Assembly (NCBI GenBank): GCA_017634555.1
Contig: JAGBNF010000023.1
Coordinates: 3,198-67,197 of the forward strand
Length of the DNA stretch: 64,000 bases
Direction: 5' to 3'
Source of the DNA: Eubacterium sp.
GTDB taxonomy: Bacteria > Bacillota > Clostridia > Lachnospirales > Lachnospiraceae
Part shown: positions 1 through 11,019 of the stretch, piece by piece
How positions within the stretch are numbered: the stretch's first letter is position 1
How the letters are laid out: each line of letters begins with the position of its first letter
The notes under the pieces: model-generated
The model's input: the letters and a program-made list of their open reading frames with translations, nothing else
Database searches by the model: none
Told to the model about the DNA's origin: nothing
Position numbers and translations under genes: made by a program

Positions 1-203
1 CATACATTTTCACCGTAGCTCTTCTCATACTGTTCGGATACTGTGTTTGCATACACATACACTTCTCCAATGGAAATGTCCGAGCCCGCGAACTTAAGTA
101 CAGTCTCACTCTTTCCGTCATCCTGCACCTGTCTTCCACATCCGGAAACACCGAAAAGCAGGATAAGAGACATTATTAATATGACTATATTTCTCTTCTG
201 CAT
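1..203 (-). CDS. 5' part of a lipoprotein, probably a PrsA/SurA-type peptidyl-prolyl isomerase; runs off the window edge
   Basis: Manual translation from ATG at 203: MQKRNIVILIMSLILLFGVSG-C-GRQVQDDGKSETVLKF...; lipobox VSGC; lies directly downstream of mfd, the usual prsA position in clostridia. Confidence 0.6.
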   Translation of the reverse strand, partial: MQKRNIVILIMSLILLFGVSGCGRQVQDDGKSETVLKFAGSDISIGEVYVYANTVSEQYEKSYGENV

Positions 204-209
204 ATATGA

Positions 210-3200
210 TTAATCCTTTTTCTCCAAAGCCGCCGCATCGAAAAGATTTGTCTTCATATCTTCGATAACAGCCTCTATCTTTGTAAGCATATCATCCTGA
301 ATAAGCTTCGAGGTCCTGATGGCAAAGCCTGACTTCTTTGCATTTACCAGTCTGATATCATTCTTATATTTCTTCATGAACTTCGGAATCTTATCTATAT
401 TGATATCCGCATCATTTATAAAGAGATACTGTACAAAGCCCTCATCCTGATACTTTATATCTGTGATTCCGATGGAATGTGCAGATGCCTTAAGCACTGC
501 GATCCTGATAAGTCTGAGGAACGACTTAGGCGGTTCACCGAATCTGTCCCGCGCTTCCTCAATGATTATATCAGCATCCTCCTGATCATCGATACGCGAT
601 ACGCGCTTGTACATTTCCAGCTTAAGGTATTCATTTCTGACATACTCATCCGGAATAAATGCGTCTACCGAAAGATCTATGGATGTATCGAATTCCTTAT
701 ATTTGATATTCTCTCCAAGCTTGGTACGGATTGCCTCATTCAGCATCTTAACATAGAAATCATAACCTACATCTCCGAGATGACCGGACTGAGATTTACC
801 GAGTATATTGCCGGCACCTCTGATTTCCAGATCCGTCATGGATATTTTATATCCTGAACCGAGCTCTGTAAACTCCCTGATTGCAGATAATCTCTTTTCC
901 GCAACCTCCTTTATCATCTTATCTCTCTTATAAAGCAGGAACGCATACGCATTACGTCCCGAACGGCCTACTCTTCCTCGCAGCTGATAGAGCTGGGCAA
1001 GTCCGAAGTTATCCGCATTGTGAATGATGATCGTATTTACATTCGGTATATCGAGACCTGTTTCGATGATCGTTGTCGAAACAAGAATATCTATCTCTTT
1101 ATTGATGAAGCGGTGCATTACATTTTCCAGCTCACGCTCATGCATCTTGCCATGTGCAAACTCTATCCTTGCATCAGGCAGGATGGCCGAAAGCTCGGAT
1201 GCCACCAGATCAATATCCTCAACCTTGTTATAAACATAATAAACCTGTCCGTTTCTGGAAAGCTCACGGTTTATGGCCTCTCTGACAATCTCCTTATCAT
1301 ATTCCATGACATAGGTCTGAATAGGACGTCTGTCCACCGGAGCCTCCTCAAGCAGGCTCATATCCCTTACACCGATAAGGCTCATATGGAGAGTTCTCGG
1401 AATAGGTGTTGCGGTAAGCGTCAGTACGTCAACAGTATTACGCATCTGCTTGATTGCTTCCTTATGCTTAACACCGAAGCGCTGCTCCTCATCGATGATG
1501 AGAAGTCCGAGTCGCTTAAACTGGACATCCTTCGAAAGAAGTCTGTGTGTTCCTATAACTATATCAACTTTTCCCTTCTGAAGTTCGCTGATAGTATTCT
1601 TTATATCCTTAGGCGTACAGAATCTGGACAGCATTCTGACCTCAACAGGATAATTCTTCATTCTCTCCTTGAAGGTCTCATAATGCTGCTCTGCAAGAAT
1701 AGTCGTAGGTACGAGATATGCAACCTGTCTTCCGTCCTGGACCGCCTTAAATGCAGCGCGGATTGCCACTTCTGTCTTTCCGAAGCCTACATCACCGCAG
1801 ATGAGTCTGTCCATGATATGGTCACTTTCCATATCATGCTTTGTTTCCTCTATAGCCTTCATCTGATCCGGTGTTTCATCATATGGGAAGAGCTCCTCGA
1901 ACTCCTTCTGCCATTCATTATCCTGTGAAAAAGCATAACCCTTTTCCTTACGTCTTATGGCATACAGTGTTACCAGCTCCTCGGCAACAGTATCGATCTG
2001 CTGTCTTACTCTGGTAGTAACCTTATTCCACTCCGGACTTCCCAGCTTATTGAGCTTCGGTTTTCTGGAATCCTTACCTGAGAACTTACCGATCATGGCA
2101 AGCTGTTCAACAGGGATAAAGAGCTTTCCGTTATCGGCATACTGGATATTGATATAATCCCTCTTTCTGCCGTCTATCTCTACTTGCTCGATTCCCTTAT
2201 AAACTCCGATACCATGGCGCTCATGAACCACATAATCGCCTACGGATATATCGCTGAGACTGTTAAGTCTGTCTCCCGAAAACTGCTTAGACAGCTTTCT
2301 TCTCTTCTCGTTCTTCTTGCTGAAAATGTCATTCTCACTGAGAACAACCAATCCGATATCAGGAATCTCATAGCCCTCAACAAGATTGCCTGTTGTGACC
2401 ATTACCTCCTTCTTCATCAGCTCTCTGTTTCTGTCCAGCGAGAAGAATGCAGGTATATTATCCTCATTCAGGCTCTCTGCCAGCCTTCTTCCTCGTGTTG
2501 CGGATGGAGCAGCTATAACAACTCTGTATTCGTTCTTTCTCCACTTCGTGATTTCCTCACGAAGCTTATCTATGGCACCGTTAAAGGATACGATGCTTCT
2601 CGTCATGATCTGAAGACTGCTCTTCGTCTCAAATTCAGACTTCGTATTATAGAACTCCGAGAACAGCACAGGGTTGCGAAGGCTGAGCTCCGCTAAGGTT
2701 CTCTTATTATCATATAAAATGTCCATCTGACCCGGAAGTATGTATCCGCCGTCGAATCTGCCCTCTATGGAAGCCGCAAACTCCCTGTAATACATATCGG
2801 CTCTTTCAGCCACTCTGTCAGGCTCATCGACAAAGACTGCTGTATCCTTCGGAAGATAATCCAGGAATGATACTGTAGTCGAATAAAAATAGTTTATAAG
2901 GCTGTCTATACCTGATCTCGAGTCAAACTCCTGAATGTCTTCCTTCATATGTCTGACGGCAGAATTCAGTCTTGCATACTGTTCTGTCTTAAAGCTGCCC
3001 TTTAACTCAGCAGCTCTCTTCTCGTGATCCTTCTCTATTCTCGCGATGCCTCGGCTGATACGAGCTTCCGTAAGCACATATTCCGTTGCCGGAAATATGC
3101 TGAATTTATCTACTTCTTCGATGGATCTCTGGGATTCGACATCGAAGTATCTTATGGACTCTACTTCGTCCCCAAAAAGCTCAACACGACAAGGGCACTC

Positions 3201-3743
3201 TTCCGTCAGAGGGAATATATCGATAATTCCACCTCTCACGGAAAACTGCCCCGGAGCTGTAACAAGCGTCTCATTCTCATATCCGAGCATGATAAGCAGT
3301 GATTTCACCGCATCCATGTCCAGAGTCTCACCAACCTCGACTGTTATGGTCCTGTCCTTGATATACTTGATATCAGGAAGCTTATCCATAAGACCGTCGA
3401 TAGTCGTTATGATGACCGTCGGCTCGTCAGTTACTATTCTTTTAATGATTTCAAGTCTCCTGCACGCCGTAGCGTTTCCATGGACATCTGCATAGTAAAA
3501 AAGCAGGTCCTTTGCAGGATAAATGCAGACATTCCTGTCATAGAATTTATAGTCCTGATACAGTTTCTCTGCTCTGGCATCATCATGTGTTACCAGCAGC
3601 ACGAATCGGTTCTTTCCTCTGACCGTCTCGGCTATAAGTGGCCGAACAGCCCTGGTCAGTCCCCACAGATAAAGAGGCTTCTCCAGCGTCTTTATTCTGT
3701 CTGTCAGTCCCGCTTCTGTGACAGGTGAGATAAGTGTTTTCAC
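210..3743 (-). CDS. mfd: Transcription-repair coupling factor
   Basis: UvrB-homology N-terminus (FSVRGGIIDIFP), CarD-like RID (GDYVVHERHGIG), helicase motifs GDVGFGKTEVA, DEEQRFG, QLRGRVGR, and a TRCF C-terminus. Confidence 0.98.
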   Translation of the reverse strand: MKTLISPVTEAGLTDRIKTLEKPLYLWGLTRAVRPLIAETVRGKNRFVLLVTHDDARAEKLYQDYKFYDRNVCIYPAKDLLFYYADVHGNATACRRLEIIKRIVTDEPTVIITTIDGLMDKLPDIKYIKDRTITVEVGETLDMDAVKSLLIMLGYENETLVTAPGQFSVRGGIIDIFPLTEECPCRVELFGDEVESIRYFDVESQRSIEEVDKFSIFPATEYVLTEARISRGIARIEKDHEKRAAELKGSFKTEQYARLNSAVRHMKEDIQEFDSRSGIDSLINYFYSTTVSFLDYLPKDTAVFVDEPDRVAERADMYYREFAASIEGRFDGGYILPGQMDILYDNKRTLAELSLRNPVLFSEFYNTKSEFETKSSLQIMTRSIVSFNGAIDKLREEITKWRKNEYRVVIAAPSATRGRRLAESLNEDNIPAFFSLDRNRELMKKEVMVTTGNLVEGYEIPDIGLVVLSENDIFSKKNEKRRKLSKQFSGDRLNSLSDISVGDYVVHERHGIGVYKGIEQVEIDGRKRDYINIQYADNGKLFIPVEQLAMIGKFSGKDSRKPKLNKLGSPEWNKVTTRVRQQIDTVAEELVTLYAIRRKEKGYAFSQDNEWQKEFEELFPYDETPDQMKAIEETKHDMESDHIMDRLICGDVGFGKTEVAIRAAFKAVQDGRQVAYLVPTTILAEQHYETFKERMKNYPVEVRMLSRFCTPKDIKNTISELQKGKVDIVIGTHRLLSKDVQFKRLGLLIIDEEQRFGVKHKEAIKQMRNTVDVLTLTATPIPRTLHMSLIGVRDMSLLEEAPVDRRPIQTYVMEYDKEIVREAINRELSRNGQVYYVYNKVEDIDLVASELSAILPDARIEFAHGKMHERELENVMHRFINKEIDILVSTTIIETGLDIPNVNTIIIHNADNFGLAQLYQLRGRVGRSGRNAYAFLLYKRDKMIKEVAEKRLSAIREFTELGSGYKISMTDLEIRGAGNILGKSQSGHLGDVGYDFYVKMLNEAIRTKLGENIKYKEFDTSIDLSVDAFIPDEYVRNEYLKLEMYKRVSRIDDQEDADIIIEEARDRFGEPPKSFLRLIRIAVLKASAHSIGITDIKYQDEGFVQYLFINDADINIDKIPKFMKKYKNDIRLVNAKKSGFAIRTSKLIQDDMLTKIEAVIEDMKTNLFDAAALEKKD

Positions 3744-3765
3744 AACATTTCTCCCTATAAATATA

Positions 3766-4326
3766 TCAGTGACTGTATTTATTCATCGCAGATGCGATGC
3801 CGTTCTCGATTATTTCTTCTACAGCGTCGGCCGCACATTTTACGGATGCTCTGACATCCGGAAGCTGTTCCTCCGGAAATCTGCTGAGCACGTGATCCGC
3901 AAGATCCCAGCCCTCAGGCTTATGGCCAACACCGAGTTTGATCCTGTCAAATTCAGTAGTACCGATCAGCTGTATGATATTCTTCATACCGTTATGTCCG
4001 CCGGCACTTCCCTTTTCACGTATTCTTACCGAACCAACATCAAGATCTATATCGTCATAGATAACGATAAGGTCTTCCGGAGTAGCCTTGTAATAATGAA
4101 GGAGCTCGCTTACAGCTTCGCCGCTCAGATTCATGAAGGTCTGCGGCATAACGAGAAGCACCTTCTCTCCCTTTATTATGGTACGGCCTGTAAGAGCCTT
4201 ACACTCGGCTCTGTCTATTCTTATATTATATCTGTCAGCAAGCTCGGTTATAACTGAGAAGCCCATATTATGACGCGTTCCTGCGTATTTGATTCCCGGA
4301 TTACCGAGTCCTGCGATTATCTTCAT
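3766..4326 (-). CDS. pth: Peptidyl-tRNA hydrolase
   Basis: GLGNPG..Y..TRHNMGF, PQTFMNLSG and GSAGGHNG motifs. Confidence 0.98.
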   Translation of the reverse strand: MKIIAGLGNPGIKYAGTRHNMGFSVITELADRYNIRIDRAECKALTGRTIIKGEKVLLVMPQTFMNLSGEAVSELLHYYKATPEDLIVIYDDIDLDVGSVRIREKGSAGGHNGMKNIIQLIGTTEFDRIKLGVGHKPEGWDLADHVLSRFPEEQLPDVRASVKCAADAVEEIIENGIASAMNKYSH

Positions 4327-5084
4327 TAATTTCTCTCCGACATTATCTTCTCTGCCACTTCAAGCTGTGTCCTGGTATTAACACCGAGTATCTCATCGTT
4401 GTTATCCACAGGAACCGCACCGACCTTCATACCTGCATCCTTGATAAGCGCTATGGTATCGGTCAGATAATACTCACCCTGAGCGTTATTGTTTGTGATT
4501 CTTCCAAGTGACACAGTAAGTGCTTCAGAATTGAAAATGTACATTCCTGAGTTGATTTCCTTAACTGCAGCTTCCTTTTCGTTGCAGTCCTTCTGCTCAA
4601 CTATCTTCTGGAAATCACCGTTCTCATCACGTATTATCCTGCCGTAGCCTGTTGCATCCGGAAGGATTGCTGAAAGCACTGTAACACCGTTACCGCTCTT
4701 TATATGAGTATCATAAAGCTTCTTAAGTGTAGCACCTGTTATAAGAGGTGTATCACCGCAGAGGATCATGATATTTCCATCGGTTCCGATAAAGTCAGCC
4801 GCACATTTTACTGCATGACCTGTTCCCAGCTGTTCCTTCTGCTCAACAAAAGTAACCGGACCCTTTATCTCACCTATCTTCATATATGTTTCAACTTCTC
4901 TTTGAACCAGGCTTCCCTTATAGCCTATAATGACACAGCTCTCTACGGCACCTGCATCGGCAGCAGCATTGATTGCATATAATACCATCGGCTTATCGCA
5001 AACCTTATGAAGAACCTTTGGCAGATCCGATGCCATTCTTGTTCCCTTGCCTGCTGCAAGTATAAGACTTTTCAGTTTATCCAT
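4326..5084 (-). CDS. glmU: GlmU-like nucleotidyltransferase, uridyltransferase domain only
   Basis: ILAAGKGTRM.S.LPKVLH, EQLGTGHAV, GYGRIIR, EINSG, NNAQGEYYLTD, GVN; ends at 252 aa without the LbH acetyltransferase domain. Confidence 0.85.
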   Translation of the reverse strand: MDKLKSLILAAGKGTRMASDLPKVLHKVCDKPMVLYAINAAADAGAVESCVIIGYKGSLVQREVETYMKIGEIKGPVTFVEQKEQLGTGHAVKCAADFIGTDGNIMILCGDTPLITGATLKKLYDTHIKSGNGVTVLSAILPDATGYGRIIRDENGDFQKIVEQKDCNEKEAAVKEINSGMYIFNSEALTVSLGRITNNNAQGEYYLTDTIALIKDAGMKVGAVPVDNNDEILGVNTRTQLEVAEKIMSERN

Positions 5085-5149
5085 TAAGATATTCTCCCCC
5101 TTATCAAAAGACCTGTTGGGTGCTCCGCTTTTTGCGAAACATCTATGTC

Positions 5150-5178
5150 ATTATAAACACTAAGCCTTTGTTTTTCAA
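5150..5178 (-). promoter_or_regulatory. Sigma-A-type promoter for glmU-pth-mfd
   Basis: Minus strand TTGAAA-N17-TATAAT. Confidence 0.6.
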
Positions 5179-5186
5179 GTCACATC

Positions 5187-5220
5187 AAAATGGAGGCTCC
5201 GGACAACGTCCGAAGCCCCC
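5187..5220 (-). terminator. Intrinsic terminator after spoVG
   Basis: Minus strand GGGGCTTCGGAC-GTT-GTCCGGAGCCTC followed by CATTTT. Confidence 0.65.
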
Positions 5221-5237
5221 GTAACCCCACGAGACTG

Positions 5238-5510
5238 TTATATCTCTTCTTCACTTATTGGTGTTTCAGCGTACTTCTCAAGGATAAAATCCTGTATACG
5301 CTGTCTAGTCTCTGAGTTGATCGGATGAGCTATATCTCTGTACTCGCCGTCAGCAGACTTTCTGCTTGGCATTGCGATAAACAGACCCTTCTCACCTTCA
5401 ATAACCTTTATATCATGTATTACAAACTCGTTATCGATGGTAATCGATACGATTGCTCTCATTTTACCTTCTTTTGTTACTCTTCTAACACGTACATCAG
5501 TAATCTGCAT
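5238..5510 (-). CDS. spoVG: Septation regulator SpoVG
   Basis: MQITDVRVR...[21 protein letters not shown]...[10 protein letters not shown] signature. Confidence 0.97.
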   Translation of the reverse strand: MQITDVRVRRVTKEGKMRAIVSITIDNEFVIHDIKVIEGEKGLFIAMPSRKSADGEYRDIAHPINSETRQRIQDFILEKYAETPISEEEI

Positions 5511-5530
5511 TTTGTAACCCCTCCCCTTGA

Positions 5531-6655
5531 TCAGAGTGTATATCTGAAGCTTTTCTCGATGACTATCTTAGGCTTACCTGCCTCACCGGTATGAACTGTG
5601 TTCGCCTTTATTGTGTCACGGCTTTCAACTATGCAGTTCTCGATATAACAATTGTCACCGATATGAACATCATTAAGGATAATAGAATTCTTGATCACAC
5701 AATTGTTTCCAACATATACTTTCTTAAACAGAAGAGAATTCTCAACCGATCCGTTTATTATACATCCGCTTGCAATAAGGCTGTTTGAAAGTGTAGCCTC
5801 ACTGTTGTACTTAGCCGGAGGAAGATCCTCGACCTTTGTATAAACTCCCGGATTCTCACGGAAGAAGAAATTCCTGATATCTGTCTTCAGGAAATCCATA
5901 TTGGTCTTGAAATATGAATCAATAGAACCTATATTTCTCCAATACGTCTCCAATCTGTAAGCGTTGATTTTTTTAACATTCTTATATCTGATAAGTATGT
6001 CTTTAACGAAATCTGTTCTTCCTTCAGCAGCGCACGCCTCGAGAAGCTCAATTAACTGACGTCTTCTTACTACGTAAACTCCGATGGATGCTGTGTTTGT
6101 TTCCGCTACAAGCGGCTTCTCCTCGAAATCGAGGACTCTTCCGTTCTCGCCAACCTTAACAACTCCGAATCGGCTGATATCATCCTCGTCAGCCTTGATA
6201 TCTTTCGTTACTATTGTGATATCAGCATTCTTTGCTATATGGTCCTCAAGTACTTTATTGTAATCCATCTTGTACACGCCGTCACCGGATGCGATTACTA
6301 CATAAGGCTCATGTGCATCTTTAAGAAAACTGATATTCTGGTAGAGTGAGTCTGCAGTTCCCTTGTACCAATAACTGTTTGTGCTGGTTATTGTCGGAGT
6401 GAATATATACAGTCCACCCTGTTTACGTCCAAAATCCCACCATTTGGAGGAATTCAGGTGTTCGTTAAGTGACCTGGAATTGTACTGAGTAAATACGGCG
6501 ACCTTCTGTATATGGGAATTCGACATATTCGAAAGCGAGAAATCGATTGCTCTGTAGCAGCCTGCCACCGGCATAGCAGCTACCGCACGCTTAGCTGAAA
6601 GATCACCCATTCTGCTGCTGTTTCCACCTGCTAATATAATACCTATCGCTCTCAT
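5531..6655 (-). CDS. glgD: Glucose-1-phosphate adenylyltransferase, GlgD subunit
   Basis: GlgC-like fold with a degenerate active site ([20 protein letters not shown]), LbH C-terminus, overlaps the glgC stop. Confidence 0.92.
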   Translation of the reverse strand: MRAIGIILAGGNSSRMGDLSAKRAVAAMPVAGCYRAIDFSLSNMSNSHIQKVAVFTQYNSRSLNEHLNSSKWWDFGRKQGGLYIFTPTITSTNSYWYKGTADSLYQNISFLKDAHEPYVVIASGDGVYKMDYNKVLEDHIAKNADITIVTKDIKADEDDISRFGVVKVGENGRVLDFEEKPLVAETNTASIGVYVVRRRQLIELLEACAAEGRTDFVKDILIRYKNVKKINAYRLETYWRNIGSIDSYFKTNMDFLKTDIRNFFFRENPGVYTKVEDLPPAKYNSEATLSNSLIASGCIINGSVENSLLFKKVYVGNNCVIKNSIILNDVHIGDNCYIENCIVESRDTIKANTVHTGEAGKPKIVIEKSFRYTL

Positions 6656-7926
6656 CACTCATCATCCTCCTTTATAATTGATCCACCGCTTGCGAGTATT
6701 CCGTCAGGATACTCATCAGGAGTGGTCACGCCGAGGATTGCAGTGTTCTTGCCGACCTTTACATTATCAGGCACTACCGAATTCTCACCTATAGTTACAA
6801 GTCCGAATGCATATACTGCAGGCTTGTAGCTATTCTCAGCCTCTTCTCCTACGCCGAGCTCAGCATTCTTGCCTATCTTTACCCCTTCTGCAAGAATTGC
6901 CTTATCCACTATAGCACCATCGCCGATTTCAGCATTATTCATAATGATCGAATTCCTTACAACGGCACCCTTTCCGACCTTTACGCCGGAGCCGATAACT
7001 GAATTCTCAACATTACCATATATTTCAGTACCTTCTCCAATGATACTCTTTGTTACGCTGCTTCCTTCAGCGATGTACTGTGGTGGAAGATTATCGCTCT
7101 TTGTGTATATTCTCCAGAATTCTTCGTACAGATTAAATTCCGGAATGATATCAATAAGTTCCATATTGGCCTCCCAGTAAGAACCGAGAGTACCTACGTC
7201 CTTCCAATATCCTTTATAATCGTAAGAACATATCTTCTTTCCCTGCTCATGGCAACGAGGAATAACATGTTTGCCGAAATCACAGGAAGGAACATCCTTC
7301 ATTTCTATCAAAGCGTCATGCAGAAGCTTCCAGTTGAAAATGTAAATTCCCATGGATGCTTTGTTGCTGCGCGGATGCTCAGGCTTTTCTTCAAATTCCT
7401 GAATTACTCCCTGCTCATCAGTGATTACAACACCAAAACGGCTTGCTTCTTCCATAGGCACTTGATAAGTCGCTATTGTTACGTCTGCATGAGAAGACTT
7501 ATGGAAGTCAAGCATCACTTCGTAGTCCATTTTATAAATGTGGTCACCCGAGAGAATGAGCACATATTCCGGATTATAATATTCCATATATTCCAGATTC
7601 TGATAAATGGCATTAGCGGTACCTGTGTACCATGATGCATTGTCTGCCTTCTCGTATGGCGGAAGAACCGTTACGCCACCAAAACTTCTATCCAAATCCC
7701 AAGGCATTCCAATACCTATATGCTGATTAAGACGAAGAGGTCTGTACTGTGTAAGTACACCTACGGTATCTACCCCTGAGTTGATACAGTTACTTAGTGG
7801 AAAGTCAATGATCTTGTACTTTCCGCCGAACGCAACTGCCGGCTTTGCAAGCTTTGATGTAAGCACACCAAGACGACTGCCCTGGCCGCCTGCAAGAAGC
7901 ATTGCAATCATTTCCTTTTTAACCAT
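6655..7926 (-). CDS. glgC: Glucose-1-phosphate adenylyltransferase
   Basis: [55 protein letters not shown]; start moved to the ATG at 7926 (GGAG RBS). Confidence 0.96.
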   Translation of the reverse strand: MVKKEMIAMLLAGGQGSRLGVLTSKLAKPAVAFGGKYKIIDFPLSNCINSGVDTVGVLTQYRPLRLNQHIGIGMPWDLDRSFGGVTVLPPYEKADNASWYTGTANAIYQNLEYMEYYNPEYVLILSGDHIYKMDYEVMLDFHKSSHADVTIATYQVPMEEASRFGVVITDEQGVIQEFEEKPEHPRSNKASMGIYIFNWKLLHDALIEMKDVPSCDFGKHVIPRCHEQGKKICSYDYKGYWKDVGTLGSYWEANMELIDIIPEFNLYEEFWRIYTKSDNLPPQYIAEGSSVTKSIIGEGTEIYGNVENSVIGSGVKVGKGAVVRNSIIMNNAEIGDGAIVDKAILAEGVKIGKNAELGVGEEAENSYKPAVYAFGLVTIGENSVVPDNVKVGKNTAILGVTTPDEYPDGILASGGSIIKEDDE

Positions 7927-8204
7927 AATGTCACTCCTTTTAAGCAAAAAAAGTATACGATAATTATATCACGCATCCCATGAAAATAAAACACCTTTTT
8001 GGTCAACTTTCCAAACAAATATGCCGTCGCAGCTCATAGTTTAGCCATTTTCAACAAACACTATATCATTTCATTCGATTATATATTAAAAATGTGCATA
8101 ACAAATCACACAATGTTTTGTACTTATTTACTTTACATAACTCAATTTTAAATCTACATATCGTTATAAAAAGGACATTTTTCGCATTAAAGAACAATAT
8201 ATAG

Positions 8205-8238
8205 AAAAAGGCCGAACCGGCTGTTAACCGGTCCGACC
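8205..8238 (-). terminator. Intrinsic terminator after the ABC solute-binding protein gene
   Basis: Minus strand GGTCGGACCGGT-TAAC-AGCCGGTTCGGCC followed by TTTTT. Confidence 0.7.
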
Positions 8239-8272
8239 CAAATGAAATATATTTAAAGAGGATTAATTCGTC

Positions 8273-10006
8273 TTAGTTTGGAAGAGAATCTGTATCTCCG
8301 AAAAGATTAACCCACTTCTGATCACGCTCATCAATGATTGCCTGTCCGCCTGATGATAAGTAATCTGACATATACTTATCCCATGTAGCATCAAACTCTT
8401 CTACAGGTGCAGCAACGCACTGATCGTACATGATATCTCTCTTCTCTGAAAGAGCTGTTCCCATTCCTTCTTCTGCATCGATAGGACCAACATTTACATG
8501 TTCTTCCTGTCTTGCATCAACGTTAGCTATTCTGTTAGCCTCAGCAACTATTTCAGGCTCGATTCCTGCATAGCTGTGTGAGATTGAAAGATCTGTCTTA
8601 GCAGAATCTACAAGATTAAGACCATTACATGTGATTGTGTAGTCAATGTTGAAACCTGAGTTCATGATAGGATCGCCTGTTGCAGCAATAACTGAATAAG
8701 AACCATCCTCAAGAACTTCATGTGTAACACCCTCATCACCAAGCTGGAGATACTGAATATGCTCAGACTCTGAAATCCAGTCAAGGTAAAGGAGACATGC
8801 AAGAGGCTCTTCGTTTGTCATTGGGAAGAAAATCTTTCTGTCGCCTGCTGTAGATGTAACGTACTTTGTATGTCCGCCATTCTTGTCTTCGAAAGGATCG
8901 ATAGCAATATATCCAGCATCCTCTCCTACGATACGCTTAAGGTTAGCGTTGATAGAATCATCACCATTTCTGAAAGGATAATCCCAGTTATGTGTGAATG
9001 AACCTACGTATCCTGCCTTCATCATATCATCTTCTGTTGTGTCACCACTTCCGTAAAGAGCGAAGTCGTTCCACATAAGGCCATCGTTATACCACTTGTT
9101 AAGAAGTCTTACAGCTTCCTTTGTTCCTTCTTCTGTGAGCTTTCTGTCATCGAAACCGTTAACATAGAAGTCACGTGTTGAAATTGAAGGATCGATAAAT
9201 GACTCAATAAGTGTAGCTGCTCTCCAGCCTACATCGTATGATACTGAATATGGAACCATCTTGTCTGCATCAGCGCCAAGAAGTGTATCAGCATTGTCTC
9301 TGAATGCAATGAGAACCTTCTCGAACTCTTCCTTTGTTGTAGGAACTTCAAGATTCAGCTTCTCAAGCCAATCCTTACGGATAAATGTATTAATTCTGTT
9401 TGTTGTTGCTCTCTTACCTTCGATTGCCCAAAGAGTTCCTGTGAAAGGATCCTTATCCCAGAGCATATTTGTTTCACCGAGCCAGTTCCAGAGATTTGGA
9501 GTAATATCCTTATTCTGCTCAACAAGCTCTGCAAGATCGAGAACACCGCCCATGTTAGCATATGTCTGAATTGTTGCATAATCGTATGTTACGCAGATAT
9601 CAGGAGCAGTTCCTGCTGCAAGAAGGTTATTAAGCTCATCAACCTCTGTCCATCTTGGAACAGCCTTGAACTCAACCTCTACGTTATGATCTGCGAGCAT
9701 TCCGTCCTGAATGTACTTTGTGTACATATTATTTGTAGGATCTGTACCGCCATCGTTTCCACGGTCATAAACCTCAACTACAATATGCTTTGTTTCTGTA
9801 AACTTTCCGTCTACAAGCTCACCCGAACCACCTGCAGGTGCCTCCGTTACATCTTCGCTTCCGGCAGCTTCAGTCTCAGCCTGAGTGTCACCGGAACCTG
9901 ATGCCTGTGTACTACCCTGGGTAGTTGCTCCTGAATTGCCGCCGCAGCCTGCTACAGATAAGCACATTGCGCCTGCCAGAAGCATTGATAATGCCTTCTT
10001 CCTCAT
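8273..10006 (-). CDS. Carbohydrate ABC transporter solute-binding lipoprotein (LplA-like, family 1)
   Basis: Lipoprotein signal MRKKALSMLLAGAMCLSVAG-C, motif IRKDWLEKLNLEVPTT; downstream of two permeases; start set at ATG 10006. Confidence 0.9.
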   Translation of the reverse strand: MRKKALSMLLAGAMCLSVAGCGGNSGATTQGSTQASGSGDTQAETEAAGSEDVTEAPAGGSGELVDGKFTETKHIVVEVYDRGNDGGTDPTNNMYTKYIQDGMLADHNVEVEFKAVPRWTEVDELNNLLAAGTAPDICVTYDYATIQTYANMGGVLDLAELVEQNKDITPNLWNWLGETNMLWDKDPFTGTLWAIEGKRATTNRINTFIRKDWLEKLNLEVPTTKEEFEKVLIAFRDNADTLLGADADKMVPYSVSYDVGWRAATLIESFIDPSISTRDFYVNGFDDRKLTEEGTKEAVRLLNKWYNDGLMWNDFALYGSGDTTEDDMMKAGYVGSFTHNWDYPFRNGDDSINANLKRIVGEDAGYIAIDPFEDKNGGHTKYVTSTAGDRKIFFPMTNEEPLACLLYLDWISESEHIQYLQLGDEGVTHEVLEDGSYSVIAATGDPIMNSGFNIDYTITCNGLNLVDSAKTDLSISHSYAGIEPEIVAEANRIANVDARQEEHVNVGPIDAEEGMGTALSEKRDIMYDQCVAAPVEEFDATWDKYMSDYLSSGGQAIIDERDQKWVNLFGDTDSLPN

Positions 10007-10072
10007 CTTGTTTTTCCATCCTTTCTTTATTGAAAAAATCATTTTATAAAAGGTGTTATTCTGAAACACCGA

Positions 10073-11005
10073 TTATTCTTTTACTGCACCTACCGATACA
10101 CCGGCTACGAAGTACTGCTGTAACCAAGGATAAACACAAAGGATAGGTATTGTTGAGAACATAACTACTGCTGCCTTAAGTGATTCTGAAAGACCAGGAG
10201 TTGTGAAACCTTCCTGTGTAGCTACATCCACACTGTTAATGTTGTTGATGATGTTGTAAAGAAGTAACTGTATAGGATAATACTTAGGCTCCTTTACAAA
10301 CATAAGTGCGTCTGAGTAACCATTCCATCTTCCTACTGCATAGAACAGAGCCAGTGTTGCAATAACAGGCTTTGAAAGCGGAAGGTAGATTCCTTTAAGT
10401 ATCTGGAAGAATGAAGCTCCGTCCATTTCTGCGGATTCTCTGAGAGATTCCGGAATACCGAAGAAGAAATTTCTCATGATGATCATATTGAAAACCGAGA
10501 GACAGTAAGGAACGATAAGTACCAGTGGATTGTCAAGCAGGTGAAGACTCTGCATAAGAAGGTACTCAGGAATTGTTCCTGCGTTGAAGAACATCGTTAT
10601 TGTGATAATGATGTTGAACACTTTTCTTCCTTTAAGGTTGTCAAAGATCAGCGGATATGCACAGAGGATTGTCATAGTAAGTGACAGAAGTGTTCCTACA
10701 ACTGTAAGGAAGGCTGTCCATACGAACGCTCTGATATACTTCATATCCGACAAAACAGTTTTATATGCTCCCAGGTTAAATCCCTTTGGCAGGAGGTAAA
10801 CCTCCCTCTTTACCAGATAGTCAGATCCGGATAACGATTTCGCAAGGAGGTTTACCATTGGGAGAAGACAAATAATAATAACTAGTATGCAAAGTATTAC
10901 AAATACAATATCTCCTGTACTGTATTTTTCTGATCCCAATTTGTTCAGCCTAATATTTAATTTTCTCGCAGTTCCCTGCGTTGCTCTTTTTTCGTCTTTA
11001 CTCAT
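10073..11005 (-). CDS. Carbohydrate ABC transporter permease (LplC/UgpE type)
   Basis: EAA loop IPESLRESAEMDGAS, hydrophobic helices, C-terminal GAVKE. Confidence 0.92.
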   Translation of the reverse strand: MSKDEKRATQGTARKLNIRLNKLGSEKYSTGDIVFVILCILVIIICLLPMVNLLAKSLSGSDYLVKREVYLLPKGFNLGAYKTVLSDMKYIRAFVWTAFLTVVGTLLSLTMTILCAYPLIFDNLKGRKVFNIIITITMFFNAGTIPEYLLMQSLHLLDNPLVLIVPYCLSVFNMIIMRNFFFGIPESLRESAEMDGASFFQILKGIYLPLSKPVIATLALFYAVGRWNGYSDALMFVKEPKYYPIQLLLYNIINNINSVDVATQEGFTTPGLSESLKAAVVMFSTIPILCVYPWLQQYFVAGVSVGAVKE

Positions 11006-11019
11006 TTCCTGCTTCCCTC

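Noticed and set aside
477-3728. Plus-strand ORFs antisense to mfd, and similar shadow ORFs across the window (e.g. 43901-44872, 61851-62606, 63314-63985)
   Set aside because: They fully overlap well-supported genes on the opposite strand and show no recognisable motifs
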